Part shown: piece after piece, positions 51,372 to 61,186 of the stretch
How the letters are laid out: each line of letters opens with the position of its first letter
Position numbering within the stretch: the first letter of the stretch is position 1
DNA from: Candidatus Eremiobacteria bacterium
Lineage (GTDB): Bacteria; Vulcanimicrobiota; Vulcanimicrobiia; Vulcanimicrobiales; Vulcanimicrobiaceae
Reading direction: 5' to 3'
Assembly (NCBI GenBank): GCA_963737065.1
Contig: CAVTRC010000001.1
Span: forward strand, 64,001 to 128,000
DNA length: 64,000 bases
The notes under the pieces: model-generated
Database searches by the model: none
The model's input: the letters and a program-made list of their open reading frames with translations, nothing else
Told to the model about the DNA's origin: nothing
Translations under genes and position numbers: made by a program

Positions 51372-52064
51372 TCAGATGCGCACGGAAAATGTCCATTGGC
51401 CGTATTCGTCCTGCGGATATTTTCCGTAAATGTCGTATGCGCGCCAGAGGCATGTGAACGTTTGCACGCCCGGCTTGATGCTGAATTGGAAGCGATTGAT
51501 TTCCGCGGCGATGTCGTTTGGAAATAGAATGTGGTTGTATTGCGCTGCGATAACGTGGTAATACACGCCGTTGACCGTGCGGCCTTCGGGATGGCCCGGT
51601 CGCAACGCATTGTACGCCGAATCCTGTGGAACGAGGAATTCGAATAATAACGCGGGCGTCAGTTTATCGCCTTCGTTCGCTAAACTCACAACGACCATCG
51701 CGTTGATCCAATCGCGACGATCCGACGGGTACTTGAATTCGGACCACTGCGTTGCTCGAAATCTCGGCATACGAAGCGCGTCGTCGATCATCCGGCGGTT
51801 ATTGTTTAGGTCTCGTTTAAGCAAACCCAACGAACGACGCGCCACGTAGATCTGATAGGCAACCGCAATGAGCGTAAGCACCGCAATAGCTAGCGCCCAC
51901 GTCGCAATCGTTACCGCCGTGTGCGCGATCGGCTCATGGCTAACGATATTGACGGGTATTGCCTGCTGCGTTCGCTCGATGATGACATGCTGCACGAGCG
52001 GTGAATGGTGTACGGCCGGGTGCTGAACTCGATGCACCGCATGATGCGCGACAAGGTGCCTCAT
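51372..52064 (-). CDS. Hypothetical single-TM protein
   Basis: 230-aa ORF with His-rich N-terminus and one TM. Start uncertain. Confidence 0.6.
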   Translation of the reverse strand: MRHLVAHHAVHRVQHPAVHHSPLVQHVIIERTQQAIPVNIVSHEPIAHTAVTIATWALAIAVLTLIAVAYQIYVARRSLGLLKRDLNNNRRMIDDALRMPRFRATQWSEFKYPSDRRDWINAMVVVSLANEGDKLTPALLFEFLVPQDSAYNALRPGHPEGRTVNGVYYHVIAAQYNHILFPNDIAAEINRFQFSIKPGVQTFTCLWRAYDIYGKYPQDEYGQWTFSVRI

Positions 52065-52116
52065 TGCTTAAGCGCGTCCATCATCATTCTCATTCCCATC
52101 TGCGACGCAAAACAAC

Positions 52117-52884
52117 CTAGCCATTCAACGATTGGGCGGTCACGACGAGATTATCCGGCGTAACCCGGATGAGACCTTGATGCGTGCTATCTAAATCAGC
52201 GATCATGAAGAACGAAATAGCAATGAGCACCGGCAGAACGAGGTGACGGCCGAAACGCCCGGACGGCCTTCTCGTGTCAAAACCAATAAGCGCGCAGCAG
52301 AAAAGCGCGATGACGAACATCAGCGCCCATGCTTCGAACGGGATTCGATTGTCCCAGGCAGCGGCCGCGTATGCTTGTGCATCAATCAGGTCGTTCATAC
52401 CTTGCAGAACGAGTGACGTCATACTGTTCGGCCGCGTTGCGGCTTCCTGTTCAACGATCGACCACATCGTTTGTTGAAGCGACTTGCTCGTCGAGCGATT
52501 CTCGAGTAACACGGACTCCGTTCCGCCTGCATACGTTGCGATGCGCTCGCTGATATACCGGCGCAGCACGGCACGCAGCCGCGTTGCTTCATCGGGCGCG
52601 AGCAAACCCGCACGAAGATACTCGGTCCGTATCGTCTTGGCTTCTACCGCCTCGTCGTGTTTTCGCTCGTCATAGCGACCGACGGCCATCGAGAAACTAA
52701 AACCGATGATAAGCGCAAGCAGCGTGAGCGAGCTCGTCAGGACCAGGCTCAGATCTTCACGCTCGTCAGTGGTCATTGCGCCCCGCCGACGACGCAATCG
52801 CAGCCCGGTGTATGAGGCGAGCAGCATCACGACCAGCGTAAATGCGAAGAAATACCACGGTTGATCGACGAGACTCAGCGCCAT
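52117..52884 (-). CDS. DUF4239-like membrane protein
   Basis: LLALIIGFSFSMAVGRYDERK...EA..I, IADLD. Confidence 0.8.
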   Translation of the reverse strand: MALSLVDQPWYFFAFTLVVMLLASYTGLRLRRRRGAMTTDEREDLSLVLTSSLTLLALIIGFSFSMAVGRYDERKHDEAVEAKTIRTEYLRAGLLAPDEATRLRAVLRRYISERIATYAGGTESVLLENRSTSKSLQQTMWSIVEQEAATRPNSMTSLVLQGMNDLIDAQAYAAAAWDNRIPFEAWALMFVIALFCCALIGFDTRRPSGRFGRHLVLPVLIAISFFMIADLDSTHQGLIRVTPDNLVVTAQSLNG

Positions 52885-53006
52885 AGCACGATCTTCGCAT
52901 CCGCAGCGCTGCGACGGCTATCCCGTCCGTGCAAGAAATCGCGAGGCGTGCAAGAACGTTGCACGCCTCGTCGACACGGAAGCACCCACGGGTAACGCGC
53001 TACGCG

Positions 53007-53801
53007 CTAGTCGTCATATCCGAGCGAACGACCGAATAACGTCCCGAGCGGCGGTTTTGTATCGAAATGGAATGCGTCAAACGTGTATTCGGCGCTGATG
53101 GTCGAATATTGGCTGAAGACGCGGTACGTGTACTCCCAGTTCACTTGCCGAATCACATTGTAGCCCTCGACATTTCCAACTTCGATCGTGTAGTCGATCA
53201 GTCTCTGTCCGCGTTTCCCGGAATAGTCGTAGAGAAACGTTAGCCACTGGCTTACGACCGCGCGTCGCATCGCAAACGTCTTGCGGTCGATCCAAATCGC
53301 TTTGAGCGCGGGGCGATCTCCCGGCGCGTCGGCGATGATCAAGTGCGCCGCCGGCTTTCCGTCAACGACGTCATCGCCCTGGTCGACGCATTCATGGCGC
53401 GAGTTGCGCGTATCGGCGATGACCGGCAGCGCCGTGCCGGAGGACATTTCGTCCGACGAGAGCCACGATGCGCGGTTGGGGCCGTACGGACCGAGCACCG
53501 GCGGTCCCGGTTCGAGTACGCGGCTGACGAACGGATGCACCCACCGGTCGTCGTCGACGTAGGCAAGGCCATCGTCGCGATAGGTGACATTGGCACTCGC
53601 AAACTCATAGCGATGACCGTCTTGCGTAATGTGAATCGATTCCGCATAGCTAATATACGGGGCGTGAGGAGCGGCTGCGTTGCGCTGCAAAGCCGAGTAG
53701 AGCAGTTCCCAGCACGGATCGAAGTTCGCTGCACGAGCAACGGCCGTGCAGCAGAGAAAAAGAAGTGCGGCGGCGAGGCCGCCGATCGACCGCATCGTCA
53801 T
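53007..53801 (-). CDS. Hypothetical secreted protein
   Basis: Signal peptide. GPPVLGPY and IWIDRKT resemble motifs in 27761-28654. Confidence 0.72.
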   Translation of the reverse strand: MTMRSIGGLAAALLFLCCTAVARAANFDPCWELLYSALQRNAAAPHAPYISYAESIHITQDGHRYEFASANVTYRDDGLAYVDDDRWVHPFVSRVLEPGPPVLGPYGPNRASWLSSDEMSSGTALPVIADTRNSRHECVDQGDDVVDGKPAAHLIIADAPGDRPALKAIWIDRKTFAMRRAVVSQWLTFLYDYSGKRGQRLIDYTIEVGNVEGYNVIRQVNWEYTYRVFSQYSTISAEYTFDAFHFDTKPPLGTLFGRSLGYDD

Positions 53802-53917
53802 CGGAAGTACCTCTAAGGCTTTCTATCGTCTCTCAACCGCGGCCATGTGACAATACTCTCCGATCACATATGAAAGGGTCCATTCGACCCGGCACGAATT
53901 CCGGGTGGCTCTTTCTC

Positions 53918-53990
53918 GGGGACGTAGCTCAGCTGGTAGAGCGCCTGCTTTGCAAGCAGGATGTCAGGGGTTCGAGTCCCCTCGTCTCCA
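53918..53990 (+). tRNA. tRNA-Ala (TGC), CCA not encoded
   Basis: GGGGACG/CGTCTCC acceptor with G3:U70 and anticodon arm CCTGC-TTTGCAA-GCAGG. Confidence 0.96.
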
Positions 53991-54000
53991 CATCGGCTTT

Positions 54001-54073
54001 GGGGGCATAGCTCAGCTGGTAGAGCATCACGCTGGCAGCGTGAGGGTCAGGAGTTCGAGTCTCCTTGCCTCCA
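54001..54073 (+). tRNA. tRNA-Ala (GGC), CCA not encoded
   Basis: GGGGGCA/TGCCTCC acceptor and anticodon arm TCACG-CTGGCAG-CGTGA. Confidence 0.96.
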
Positions 54074-54143
54074 CATTCCGTCATACTCGAATGCGAACCG
54101 GAAGCGATCCGGCGGCGTTTGCGCGCCGTGCTACAATGCCCGA

Positions 54144-54533
54144 GCGAAGTACGCCGGGCGATCGCGCTTGTTCCGCATCGCGGGATTGGTGAGGAAAGTC
54201 CGGGCTTCACAGGGCAAGGTGCAGGATAACGTCCTGTCGGCGCAAGTCGAAGGAAAGTGCCACAGAAACATACCGCCCCAACATCTGCGACGCAGCTTGC
54301 AGGTGATGAGGCAAGGGTGAAATCGTGAGGTAAGAGCTCACGGAGTTCCACGGTGACGTGGACTCGGGTAAACCCCACCTGAAGCAAGATCGCTCGATGC
54401 GCACCGCAAGGTGCCGGATTGCCCGTCCGTACGAGCCACATCGCATCGAGGTGCGCGGTAACGCGTGCCCCAGAGGGATGGTCGCCGCCGGTGGTAACAC
54501 CGGTACAGAATCCGGCTTATAGGCGTACTTCGC
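54144..54533 (+). ncRNA. rnpB: RNase P RNA
   Basis: GAGGAAAGTCCGGGC, AGTGCCACAGAAA and ACAGAATCCGGCTTA conserved regions. P1 stem GCGAAGTACGCC/GGCGTACTTCGC. TGcTACAAT promoter at 54129-54137. Confidence 0.97.
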
Positions 54534-54567
54534 AGTAGTTCAGCGCGCGGTCGTACAACGTTGAACT

Positions 54568-56376
54568 ATGGTGCGGTTGTGGCAAGCCGCCATTTGTGCG
54601 CTGATGCTGCTCGGACTCGTCAACATGGCGGGGCAGATTGCGCAATTACACAGTTCCGGCACATTCGGCTTCACGGTCTCATCGAACGTCGGCGCGTCTT
54701 CGCTCCGTACAGTCGACAGTGTTTCACCGGGTAGTCCCGCGTTCAACGCCGGCATCAGGCGCGGTGATGTTCTCGAACTGGATTCCGGAATTGCGAACCG
54801 CGTCGTCCTGACCGCTCCCCTCCCCGGCGATCGTCTCGTCGTCTATGACGGTAGGCGCAGGATCGATCTTACGGCGGTCGTCGATACCGGACCGCAGCCG
54901 CGTGCATTGCTCGCGCTCGTCTGGACGACGAAAATCGCGTACTTCACGATGGGCGCGCTGATTGCGTGGCGGCGACCACGTGACGCGGCTGGCCGCGCGC
55001 TCGCGTTTTTCCTCGTCTGCTTTGGCACCGCGGTAAACTTCACCGGTGCAATCCCATCGGCGATTTGGCTGCGCGCGGCAACGTTCATGGCCACGCAAAC
55101 GCTGCTCATTCTCGCGGCATGGGGATTCTATACGTTCGCCCTTCGCTTTCCGTCGGTACCCGACCGCGGACTTCGACGGACGATGGCGCGCGCAGCGGTC
55201 GCGTTAGGTGTCGTCGGCGTTGCTCTCGCCCTCGGAACGGTCATGGACTCGTTCTTCGGAACAAACGGTCCGGAGGTATTCCGGCGCGCGCTTCGCATCG
55301 GCTTCATTGTGACGCTCCTCGTGCTCGTATTCGGCGCACTGGCGTCGTTGATCGTCTCGTATCGTGACGCGCTCGGCGATCAGCGCCCACGTATGCGTTG
55401 GGTGCTCGTAACGTTTGCCGTGGGACTATCCGGGCTGGTTGTTGTTCTCGTTGCATACATGTTCGGACACGGCAACGACGTGCAATTATTCAGCGCAACG
55501 ACGCTCGTTATTCCGTTCGGCCTTGCGTACGTTATTTTGCGCCATCGGATGTTGGATATCGGTTTCGTCGTCAATCGAGCCGTGGTCTATACGATCGTCT
55601 CAATCGTCGTCGTGGGCTCATTCATCGTTTTTGAGTGGCTGTTGGGTCACGTCGTCGAAGCGAACAGCAGAGCGTCCACGATCCTGGAATTGCTCGGCGC
55701 GCTCGTGCTCGGTCTTTCGACTCGTTTTATCCATGCGCGCGTCGACCGGTACGTCGACGACCTCTTTTTTCGCGACCGCCACATTGCTGAAGCTGCAATT
55801 CGCCGATTCGCCGTCGAAACCGGACTGGTCACCGACGCCGACATCCTCATTCACCGCACGGTCGACGTTGCGGAACGCAACGCGCGCTTGATGGGCGCCG
55901 GATTCTTCGCGCGCCTCGGAAAGCACTACATACCACTGCATTCGACGTTCCGTTCGACGCCCGCCGAGATTGAGGAGAACGACGCAACGATTCTTGCAAT
56001 GCGAACGTGGAACGATCCCGTCGACATGCATGACGGCACGTCGGTTCCCGGTGTTACCGCGTTCCCTATGACCGTGCGCGGACAACTCGCCGGATTCTTA
56101 GCATGTGGCGAGAAGGCCACGCATGAAGCGCTCGCGCCCGACGAACGCGATGCGTTGCGCGTGCTCGCGCGTGACGCCGGCATCGCGCTCGACTCGTTGC
56201 GGATCGCGCGCATTAAGCAGGAGCTTGCATACTTGACCGACGACGGAGCGCTTCCGCCGGACATCCGGCTGCGTCTCACTGCGCTCCTCGATGCGGAAAC
56301 GGCATCGCAACCTGCGGGGGCCGACCTGCGTTCTATCCAATTGATTCAGGAATCAAAAACCCAGGAGTTACTGTGA
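54568..56376 (+). CDS. PDZ + multi-TM + GAF-like membrane protein
   Basis: VSPGSPAFNAGIRRGD (PDZ), many TMs, YVILRHRMLDI, AFPMTVRGQLAGFLACG (GAF). Confidence 0.8.
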   Translation: MVRLWQAAICALMLLGLVNMAGQIAQLHSSGTFGFTVSSNVGASSLRTVDSVSPGSPAFNAGIRRGDVLELDSGIANRVVLTAPLPGDRLVVYDGRRRIDLTAVVDTGPQPRALLALVWTTKIAYFTMGALIAWRRPRDAAGRALAFFLVCFGTAVNFTGAIPSAIWLRAATFMATQTLLILAAWGFYTFALRFPSVPDRGLRRTMARAAVALGVVGVALALGTVMDSFFGTNGPEVFRRALRIGFIVTLLVLVFGALASLIVSYRDALGDQRPRMRWVLVTFAVGLSGLVVVLVAYMFGHGNDVQLFSATTLVIPFGLAYVILRHRMLDIGFVVNRAVVYTIVSIVVVGSFIVFEWLLGHVVEANSRASTILELLGALVLGLSTRFIHARVDRYVDDLFFRDRHIAEAAIRRFAVETGLVTDADILIHRTVDVAERNARLMGAGFFARLGKHYIPLHSTFRSTPAEIEENDATILAMRTWNDPVDMHDGTSVPGVTAFPMTVRGQLAGFLACGEKATHEALAPDERDALRVLARDAGIALDSLRIARIKQELAYLTDDGALPPDIRLRLTALLDAETASQPAGADLRSIQLIQESKTQELL

Positions 56377-56780
56377 GCAACCAACGTTTCACCCCGGACA
56401 TGACCGTAGACCAAGCCTTCGCGCTTCACGCCGGTGCGCGGCGCGTCTTCGCGCGCTTTCACCTCGGCGGCTGCTCGAATTGCGCGATCAGCGAAACGCA
56501 CACGATCGCGGGAATCAGCGAAGACTACGGCATCCCGCTTCCGATGTTGCTCGACGGTTTGAACGCGCTCTTCGACGGCGGCACGCTGACCGTCGGCGAC
56601 AAGGTGCGCATCCCGGAAGAGATTCGCTCGAAAATTCCACAACTCGCGAACGTGCCGGAAATCGGCGAAATCACGAGCGTCGAGAACGGCGCGTATATGG
56701 CGGAGTTCGGCGAAGTTCGGCTTCAGGGGTTGTCCGAGGACTTCGTTGCCGTGGAAGCCACCGCAACAAAAGCCTCGTAG
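56373..56780 (+). CDS. DUF1858-like CxxC domain protein
   Basis: FTPDMTV...VFARFHLGGCSNCA...ETH. Confidence 0.7.
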   Translation: MSNQRFTPDMTVDQAFALHAGARRVFARFHLGGCSNCAISETHTIAGISEDYGIPLPMLLDGLNALFDGGTLTVGDKVRIPEEIRSKIPQLANVPEIGEITSVENGAYMAEFGEVRLQGLSEDFVAVEATATKAS

Positions 56781-56786
56781 GGCAGC

Positions 56787-57185
56787 TCAACCGAGCAGTT
56801 TGCGGTTCGAAAAATTCTCCTCGATCCCGTGCCAATGCGAGATCGACGGCTCGCCTGCTTTCCAACATAAATAGACCGGCTGACCGTCGCGCGTGGACGG
56901 GAAATCGATCGTCCCCAAGTCGATATCTTTAACGATGCATCCGAACGACTCGATCCGATGGATCAGCCGGACGATTTCGCTTTTGAGCTCGCCGAAGCGC
57001 GGCGGCGGAAAGGGAGAACGCAGCCCGGCGAGACGGGAGACGCGCGGCGGCGTGTTGGTGCGCAGCGCGGGGTCGTTCTCGAGGAGCTTGATCGCGAGGT
57101 CGCGCCGTTTTTCCAACAACTCTTCGACGAGCGGCGCAACTTTTGGAATGAGGGCGTTGGCCCGTTCAGGCGAAAAGAACTTCAT
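56787..57185 (-). CDS. DUF2203 family protein
   Basis: FSPERANALIP...VKDIDLGTIDFP...YLCWKAGE..I.HWH. Confidence 0.88.
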   Translation of the reverse strand: MKFFSPERANALIPKVAPLVEELLEKRRDLAIKLLENDPALRTNTPPRVSRLAGLRSPFPPPRFGELKSEIVRLIHRIESFGCIVKDIDLGTIDFPSTRDGQPVYLCWKAGEPSISHWHGIEENFSNRKLLG

Positions 57186-57212
57186 GCTCGTCCAACGCTC
57201 CCTCTGCCAACC

Positions 57213-58064
57213 ATGACGGCGGCGCGGATTATCTTCGTTGCCGGACTTTCCGGAGCCGGTAAAAGCCAAGCAATGAAGACGTTTGAGGACTTGGGCTTTT
57301 ACTGTGTAGAACACCTTCCTCCGGCAGCACTAGATCAAACCTTGAGCGTGCTCGATGCGGCGCACGTTTCCGACGTTGCGGTTACGCTCGATGTGCACGC
57401 CGATGCGTCGCTCGGCGACGCAATCGCCGCCATCGAGAGCGCGCGCGCGCGACGCGACGTTTCGGTGCTTTACATGGAGGCGCGGAACGACGCGCTCGTT
57501 CGCCGCTTCAGCGAAACGCGGCGCCGCCACCCGTTCGCTTCGCGCGGTTCGCTGCGCGAAGCGATCGCCGCCGAACGCGACGCGCTGCTTCCCATGCGCG
57601 AACGAGCGACGATGGCGATCGATACGACGGCGCTTACGCACGGCGAACTCAAGGAGCGACTCGCGGCGACCTTTGCGCCGGAACAACGCGCGCAACTCGC
57701 CGTGACGCTCGTGCCGTTCGGCTTCAAGTACGGGCTCCCACTCGATCTGGATCTCCTGTTCGACGTGCGATTTTTGCGCAACCCGAATTACGACGACGCC
57801 TTACGCCCGCTCACCGGCGACGATCCTGCGGTCGCGGCTTTTATCGAGCAGGACGCAGCATGCAAGCCGTTCGTGGCGAAACTGATCGACGTCATGGATT
57901 TCCTCTTGCCGCGGTACATCGCCGAGGGTAAGGCGCAACTAACGGTCGGCATCGGCTGTACCGGCGGCCGTCACCGTTCCGTCTATATCGCGCGCCGCTT
58001 GTACGAGCATCTCGCGGCTAACGATCGTCTCGCACTGGCGCTCGATCCACGGGATATCCGATAG
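57213..58064 (+). CDS. rapZ: RNase adapter RapZ (YvcJ)
   Basis: GLSGAGKS, RRFSETRRRHP, FGFKYG, GCTGGRHRSV. Confidence 0.95.
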   Translation: MTAARIIFVAGLSGAGKSQAMKTFEDLGFYCVEHLPPAALDQTLSVLDAAHVSDVAVTLDVHADASLGDAIAAIESARARRDVSVLYMEARNDALVRRFSETRRRHPFASRGSLREAIAAERDALLPMRERATMAIDTTALTHGELKERLAATFAPEQRAQLAVTLVPFGFKYGLPLDLDLLFDVRFLRNPNYDDALRPLTGDDPAVAAFIEQDAACKPFVAKLIDVMDFLLPRYIAEGKAQLTVGIGCTGGRHRSVYIARRLYEHLAANDRLALALDPRDIR

Positions 58065-59408
58065 TGCGTCGTCGCTTGATGAAGCCGCTGCAGTGGCTGA
58101 TCCCGGGTCTGGGCGTCAAACGCTGGCTGCTGCTCGCAATGTTCGGTCTGCTCATTCTCGTCAACGGCATCGACCGCTGGCTCGTCGCCGAAGGCGTCTC
58201 CCTTCCACTCAACGAGATGATCGACAACGTCGTCGATGACTATTTCTCGCCGTCATATCTCACGTACATCTTCGTCGCGCTCGGCATCGTGTTGATGCTC
58301 GCCGGCATCGGTCAGGGTCTTCGTTCGATCGTGCGCGCCGCGTCTTCCGGCGGCGGAATTCTCGATACGCTTCGCGCGCGCAGATTGGAACAAGGGTACA
58401 ACATCGTCGCCATCGGCGGCGGCACCGGTCTCTCGACGCTGCTGCGCGGGCTCAAACGCCGCACGTGCAATCTCACGGCGATCGTCACGGTGAGCGACGA
58501 CGGCGGTTCGTCGGGCCGGTTGCAAAAAGAATTGGGCGTCTTGCCGCCCGGCGACATTCGCAACTGCTTGGTCGCGCTTGCCGATGACGAAGCGCTCGTG
58601 ACGGATCTATTCCGCTATCGGTTCGAAGAAGGCTCAGGATTGATCGGACACTCGTTCGGTAATCTCTTTCTCGCGGCGATGACCGGTATCACGGGCAACT
58701 TCGACAAGGCCGTGAAAGAATCGAGCCGCGTGCTCAACATCGTCGGCCGCGTGCTTCCCGCTACGCTGTCGATCGTGCGCTTATGCGCTGAGCTCGACGA
58801 CGGCACGATCGTGGAGGGCGAATCGAACATTTCGAAGGCAAACCGGCCAATCCGTCGCGTATTCTTTGATCCCGACATGGTCGCGCCGCTCGATGAAGCG
58901 CTCGAAGCAATCCGCAATGCCGACGCTATCATTCTCGGGCCCGGATCGCTCTTTACGTCGATTCTGCCGAATTTCTTGATCGACCGCATCACGCAAGAGA
59001 TCGCGCGGGCGCGCGGCGTGAAAATTTACGTCTGCAACGTGATGACGCAGCCCGGCGAAACGGACAACATGACGGCCGCGGATCATGTCGACGCGCTTTT
59101 CGGAAATGCCGGTGCGCGCGTCTGCGAGTACGTCCTCGTCAATGACGAGCCGCCCTCGAAGTTACGCAAAACCTACGCCGAAGAGAATCAGATTCCCGTG
59201 GCGCCCGACGTGGACCGCATCGAAGCGATGGGATTGACCGCCGTTAAAGCCGACATGATCAGCGAAATCGGAAAACGTTCGTCACGACCCGGATCGACTC
59301 GGTGATGTGGTGCTCGGTGTCATCGATCGCGCGGTCGCCGAGCGCGCGACGTTCGTGCGGCCGGCGAGCTCCTACGCTAAGGCGGCGGTTGCTGCAGGGC
59401 GACGTTGA
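58064..59408 (+). CDS. yvcK: YvcK/UPF0052 gluconeogenesis factor, with a frameshift near the C-terminus
   Basis: IGGGTGL, DDGGSSG, GHSFGNL, GPGSLFTS. The terminal VRHDPDRL motif lies in another frame after the A-runs at 59265-59275. Confidence 0.9.
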
Positions 59409-59727
59409 GCTCGAACGGCTTTCCGGGTTCCGCGTTAGAGCTCGAATTCACATCTTTATAACCTTGTGCGCGCACGACGTAATCGATGATACCGCTCGGC
59501 ACTTTATCGATCGTAAAGTTGCCTTGCGCGTCGGTCGTCGCGGTGAGCACCGTATCGACGATGACGGTTGCATTTGCGACCGGCGCGTGCGTTGTAGCGT
59601 CGGTAACTTGTCCTTTGACGCTCGCGAACTTTGTAGCGGGCGGGAGATCGCCGTTGTCGCAAGCAGATAGCGAAAGCGCCAGAATGCCGGCGGCGAAGAG
59701 CGACCGTGCGACGTTTCTCATAGTCAT
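59377..59727 (-). CDS. Lipoprotein with carboxypeptidase regulatory-like domain
   Basis: LSAC lipobox, GQVTDATT..PVANATV, TTDAQGNF. Confidence 0.85.
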   Translation of the reverse strand: MTMRNVARSLFAAGILALSLSACDNGDLPPATKFASVKGQVTDATTHAPVANATVIVDTVLTATTDAQGNFTIDKVPSGIIDYVVRAQGYKDVNSSSNAEPGKPFELNVALQQPPP

Positions 59728-59779
59728 GGAACGTTCTAGCGCGTAGGTTCGTCCCCTCGTTACATTGAAGCGCTCCGCC

Positions 59780-61186
59780 ATGTCGACGACAGCTCCCTCG
59801 GACCGGGCAGCCGGCCCCAGCTACTGCGAAAACGCGCTCGAAGCGATCGGCAACACGCCGCTGGTGAAATTGAACAAGGTAACCGACGGCGCGCAATGTC
59901 TGGTCCTCGCGAAAATCGAGTACATGAATCCCGGCGGCAGCGTGAAAGACCGTCCCGCTATCGCGATGCTCGACCAAGCCGAGCGCGCGGGACTGCTAAA
60001 ACCCGGCGGCACGATCGTCGAACCGACGAGCGGGAACACCGGTTCGGGTCTTGCAATGGCCGCTGCAATCCGCGGCTACCGTTGCATTTTGGTCATGCCC
60101 GATAAGATGTCGAAAGAGAAAATCGATCTTCTAAAGGCATACGGAGCGGAAGTCGTCGTCACGCCGAGCAACGTGCCGGCGGATTCGGCTGAATCGTACT
60201 ACGGCGTCGCGAATCGCCTCGCATCGGAGATTCCCGGCGCCTTCCAACCAAATCAATTTCACAATCATCACAATCCCGAAGCGCACTATCACACGACGGG
60301 CCCCGAGATTTGGCGGCAGACAAGCGGGACGATCACACATTTCGTCGCGGGTATCGGAACGGGTGGAACGATCTCCGGCACGGCGCGCTATTTGAAGGAT
60401 CAAAATCCGAACATTCACGTCATCGGCGCCGATCCGGAAGGTTCCATCTATTCGGGTGATACGCCGCGTTCGTACGCCGTCGAAGGCATCGGCATGAATT
60501 ATCTGCCGGAAACCGTCGATTTGAAGGTCATCGATGAAGTCGTACGCGTCTCCGATCGCGAGTCATTTCTGACGGCGCGCCGCATCACGCGCGAGGAAGG
60601 CCTACTAGTCGGCGGATCGTCCGGAACCGCCGCGGTCGCCGCAGTCAAGCTCGCGAAGACGCTTCCTAAACATGCGATCGTCGTCGTGATCTTTCCGGAC
60701 TCGGGCCGTGGGTACATGTCAAAGATCTTCAACGACGACTGGATGATTGCCAACGGCTTTCTGTCCGAAGGCAAACGCAAGTCGACCGTCGGTGATGTCT
60801 TGCGTAACAAACGTCCACTTCCGCGGATGATCACGGTGAAACCGAACGATACCGTCAAGACGGCGCTCGATCTGCTTCGCCAATACGAAATCTCGCAGAT
60901 TCCCGTCGTGGCGGCGCACGAAATGGTCGGCAGCATCAACGACGTCGGCGTCATGCAAACCGTCTTCGATCGAGCGGACATCATTCACAAGCCCGTGAGC
61001 GACGTGATGGGGCGGCCGTTTCCAATGCTCGAACAATTCGCGGAGATTGAGAAGGCCTACAAGTTGCTCACCCTTGCAAATCCCGCCGTCGTGGTCACCG
61101 ATGACGGTGATCCGATCGGCGTCTTGACTCGCCAAGACATCATTAGCTTCTTGTCGAGCTCATCGGACGGCGGCAAAGCGCAGTAA
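59780..61186 (+). CDS. cbs: Cystathionine beta-synthase with CBS domains
   Basis: IGNTPLV, NPGGSVKDR, GIGTGGT and a C-terminal CBS pair. Confidence 0.92.
   Translation: MSTTAPSDRAAGPSYCENALEAIGNTPLVKLNKVTDGAQCLVLAKIEYMNPGGSVKDRPAIAMLDQAERAGLLKPGGTIVEPTSGNTGSGLAMAAAIRGYRCILVMPDKMSKEKIDLLKAYGAEVVVTPSNVPADSAESYYGVANRLASEIPGAFQPNQFHNHHNPEAHYHTTGPEIWRQTSGTITHFVAGIGTGGTISGTARYLKDQNPNIHVIGADPEGSIYSGDTPRSYAVEGIGMNYLPETVDLKVIDEVVRVSDRESFLTARRITREEGLLVGGSSGTAAVAAVKLAKTLPKHAIVVVIFPDSGRGYMSKIFNDDWMIANGFLSEGKRKSTVGDVLRNKRPLPRMITVKPNDTVKTALDLLRQYEISQIPVVAAHEMVGSINDVGVMQTVFDRADIIHKPVSDVMGRPFPMLEQFAEIEKAYKLLTLANPAVVVTDDGDPIGVLTRQDIISFLSSSSDGGKAQ

Noticed and set aside
51287..53900. tRNA-Ile-anchored integrative element
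   Set aside because: No integrase gene and no duplicated tRNA 3' end were found.
19318..57314. Long N-terminal extensions in the ORF track (e.g. 21212, 22836, 31248, 31907, 34102, 34946, 39889, 43196, 49154, 50112, 56958)
   Set aside because: They overlap neighbouring real genes. Internal starts with better RBS or family fit were used instead.
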